From: Mustelus asterias
Lineage: Eukaryota
DNA: 64,000 nucleotides
Assembly: GCF_964213995.1 (NCBI RefSeq)
Contig: NC_135803.1
Span: 26,350,001 to 26,414,000 of the forward strand
Direction of reading: 5' to 3'
Positions 63,448 through 64,000 of this stretch are shown here, in pieces. A program made the translations under genes and the position numbers. Positions within the stretch are counted from its first letter, which is position 1. Every line of letters starts with the position of its first letter. Below the pieces are notes generated by a model. It did not search any database. It was given only the letters and a program-made list of their open reading frames with translations, and was not told where the DNA came from.

Positions 63448-63676
63448 ATGTGGAGATGCCGGCGTTGGACTGGGGTAAACATGGTAAGGAGTCTAACAAC
63501 ACTAGGTTGAAGTCCAACAGGTTTATTTGGTAGCAAACGCCACTAGCTTTCGGAGTGCTGCTCCTTCGTCAGGTGAGTGGAAGATCTGAAGGAGCAGCGC
63601 TCCGAAAGCTAGTGGCGTTTGCTACCAAATAAACCTGTTGGACTTCAACCTGGTGTTGTTAGACTCCTTACTGTGT
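63448..63676. mobile_element. Penelope-derived palindromic insert (84-bp arms, 20-nt loop)
   Basis: 63484-63567 is the reverse complement of 63588-63671 with 2 differences. Confidence 0.85.
63541..63575 (-). ncRNA. Minimal type-I hammerhead ribozyme motif
   Basis: Minus strand reads CAC-CUGACGA-A-GGAG(CAGCA)CUCC-GAAA-GCUA-GUG: full core, stem II, stem I CAC/GUG, and palindromic stem III AGCU. Confidence 0.65.
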
Positions 63677-64000
63677 ACGTCTCATTCCCAGCCCGCACAT
63701 GTGCAGGAGGCCCAAGATTCATCAGGTCTTGGAGATGCCGAACACAAAGCTGGAAATGAAGGATATTTTTAGTCCATTTTTGTGGCACGGGGTGGGGGGG
63801 GGGGATGCTTCACAGCACATTGGCTGGGAACCACTGCTCTATGCACACACAGTGGATCATTCCTTTTATATCCAAGACTTCAACACTATCCATACCCAAA
63901 CCCAATCTCTCCAGGGTTCTTTACACGCAACGTCCTTCCTCCTCTCCGGCCCCCCCCCCCCCCCAAAACCATCTCCAGTGCTTTGTATGCTATTCACCCC

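Larger units (their letters stand above)
63161..63836. mobile_element. hAT (Charlie-like) MITE
   Basis: TIR CAGTGGTTCCCAACC / GGCTGGGAACCACTG and an 8-bp TSD ctctatgt / ctctatgc. Confidence 0.8.
62890..64000. repeat. Degenerate C-rich minisatellite (~40-bp unit ccccc..atctccagggctctctatgcacacagtgcaa), split by a MITE
   Basis: Recurrent atctccagg/ctctagggctct/atgcacac motifs at 62900-63160 and 63837-64000. Confidence 0.55.

Overview
Eukaryotic (vertebrate) genomic DNA, most likely a shark/cartilaginous fish judging by its repeat families (inference). It holds four spliced or single-exon protein-coding genes in the same order and orientation as the human PIGZ - NCBP2AS2 - NCBP2 - SENP5 block: PIGZ (+, 2 coding exons, 591 aa), NCBP2AS2 (-, 1 exon, 102 aa), NCBP2/CBP20 (+, 4 exons, 164 aa, with a U12-type intron 2) and SENP5 (-, 9 coding exons, 749 aa). 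NCBP2AS2 and NCBP2 share a CpG-rich bidirectional promoter. The rest is a dense mosaic of transposons: one apparently intact two-ORF CR1-clade LINE plus decayed copies, a Penelope-like element, Gypsy LTR remnants, a Rex1/Babar fragment, about 11 tRNA-derived SINEs, Deu-type SINEs, and hAT- and Harbinger-like MITEs. The most notable observations are (1) a canonical U_UUA_AAC -1 frameshift heptamer with a G-rich 3' tract that joins CR1 ORF1 to ORF2 and recurs in three diverged CR1 copies, and (2) minimal hammerhead ribozyme motifs in Penelope-derived palindromes, one with a complete core on the SENP5 sense strand. Gene exon boundaries were checked by hand for splice sites and phase; repeat boundaries are approximate.
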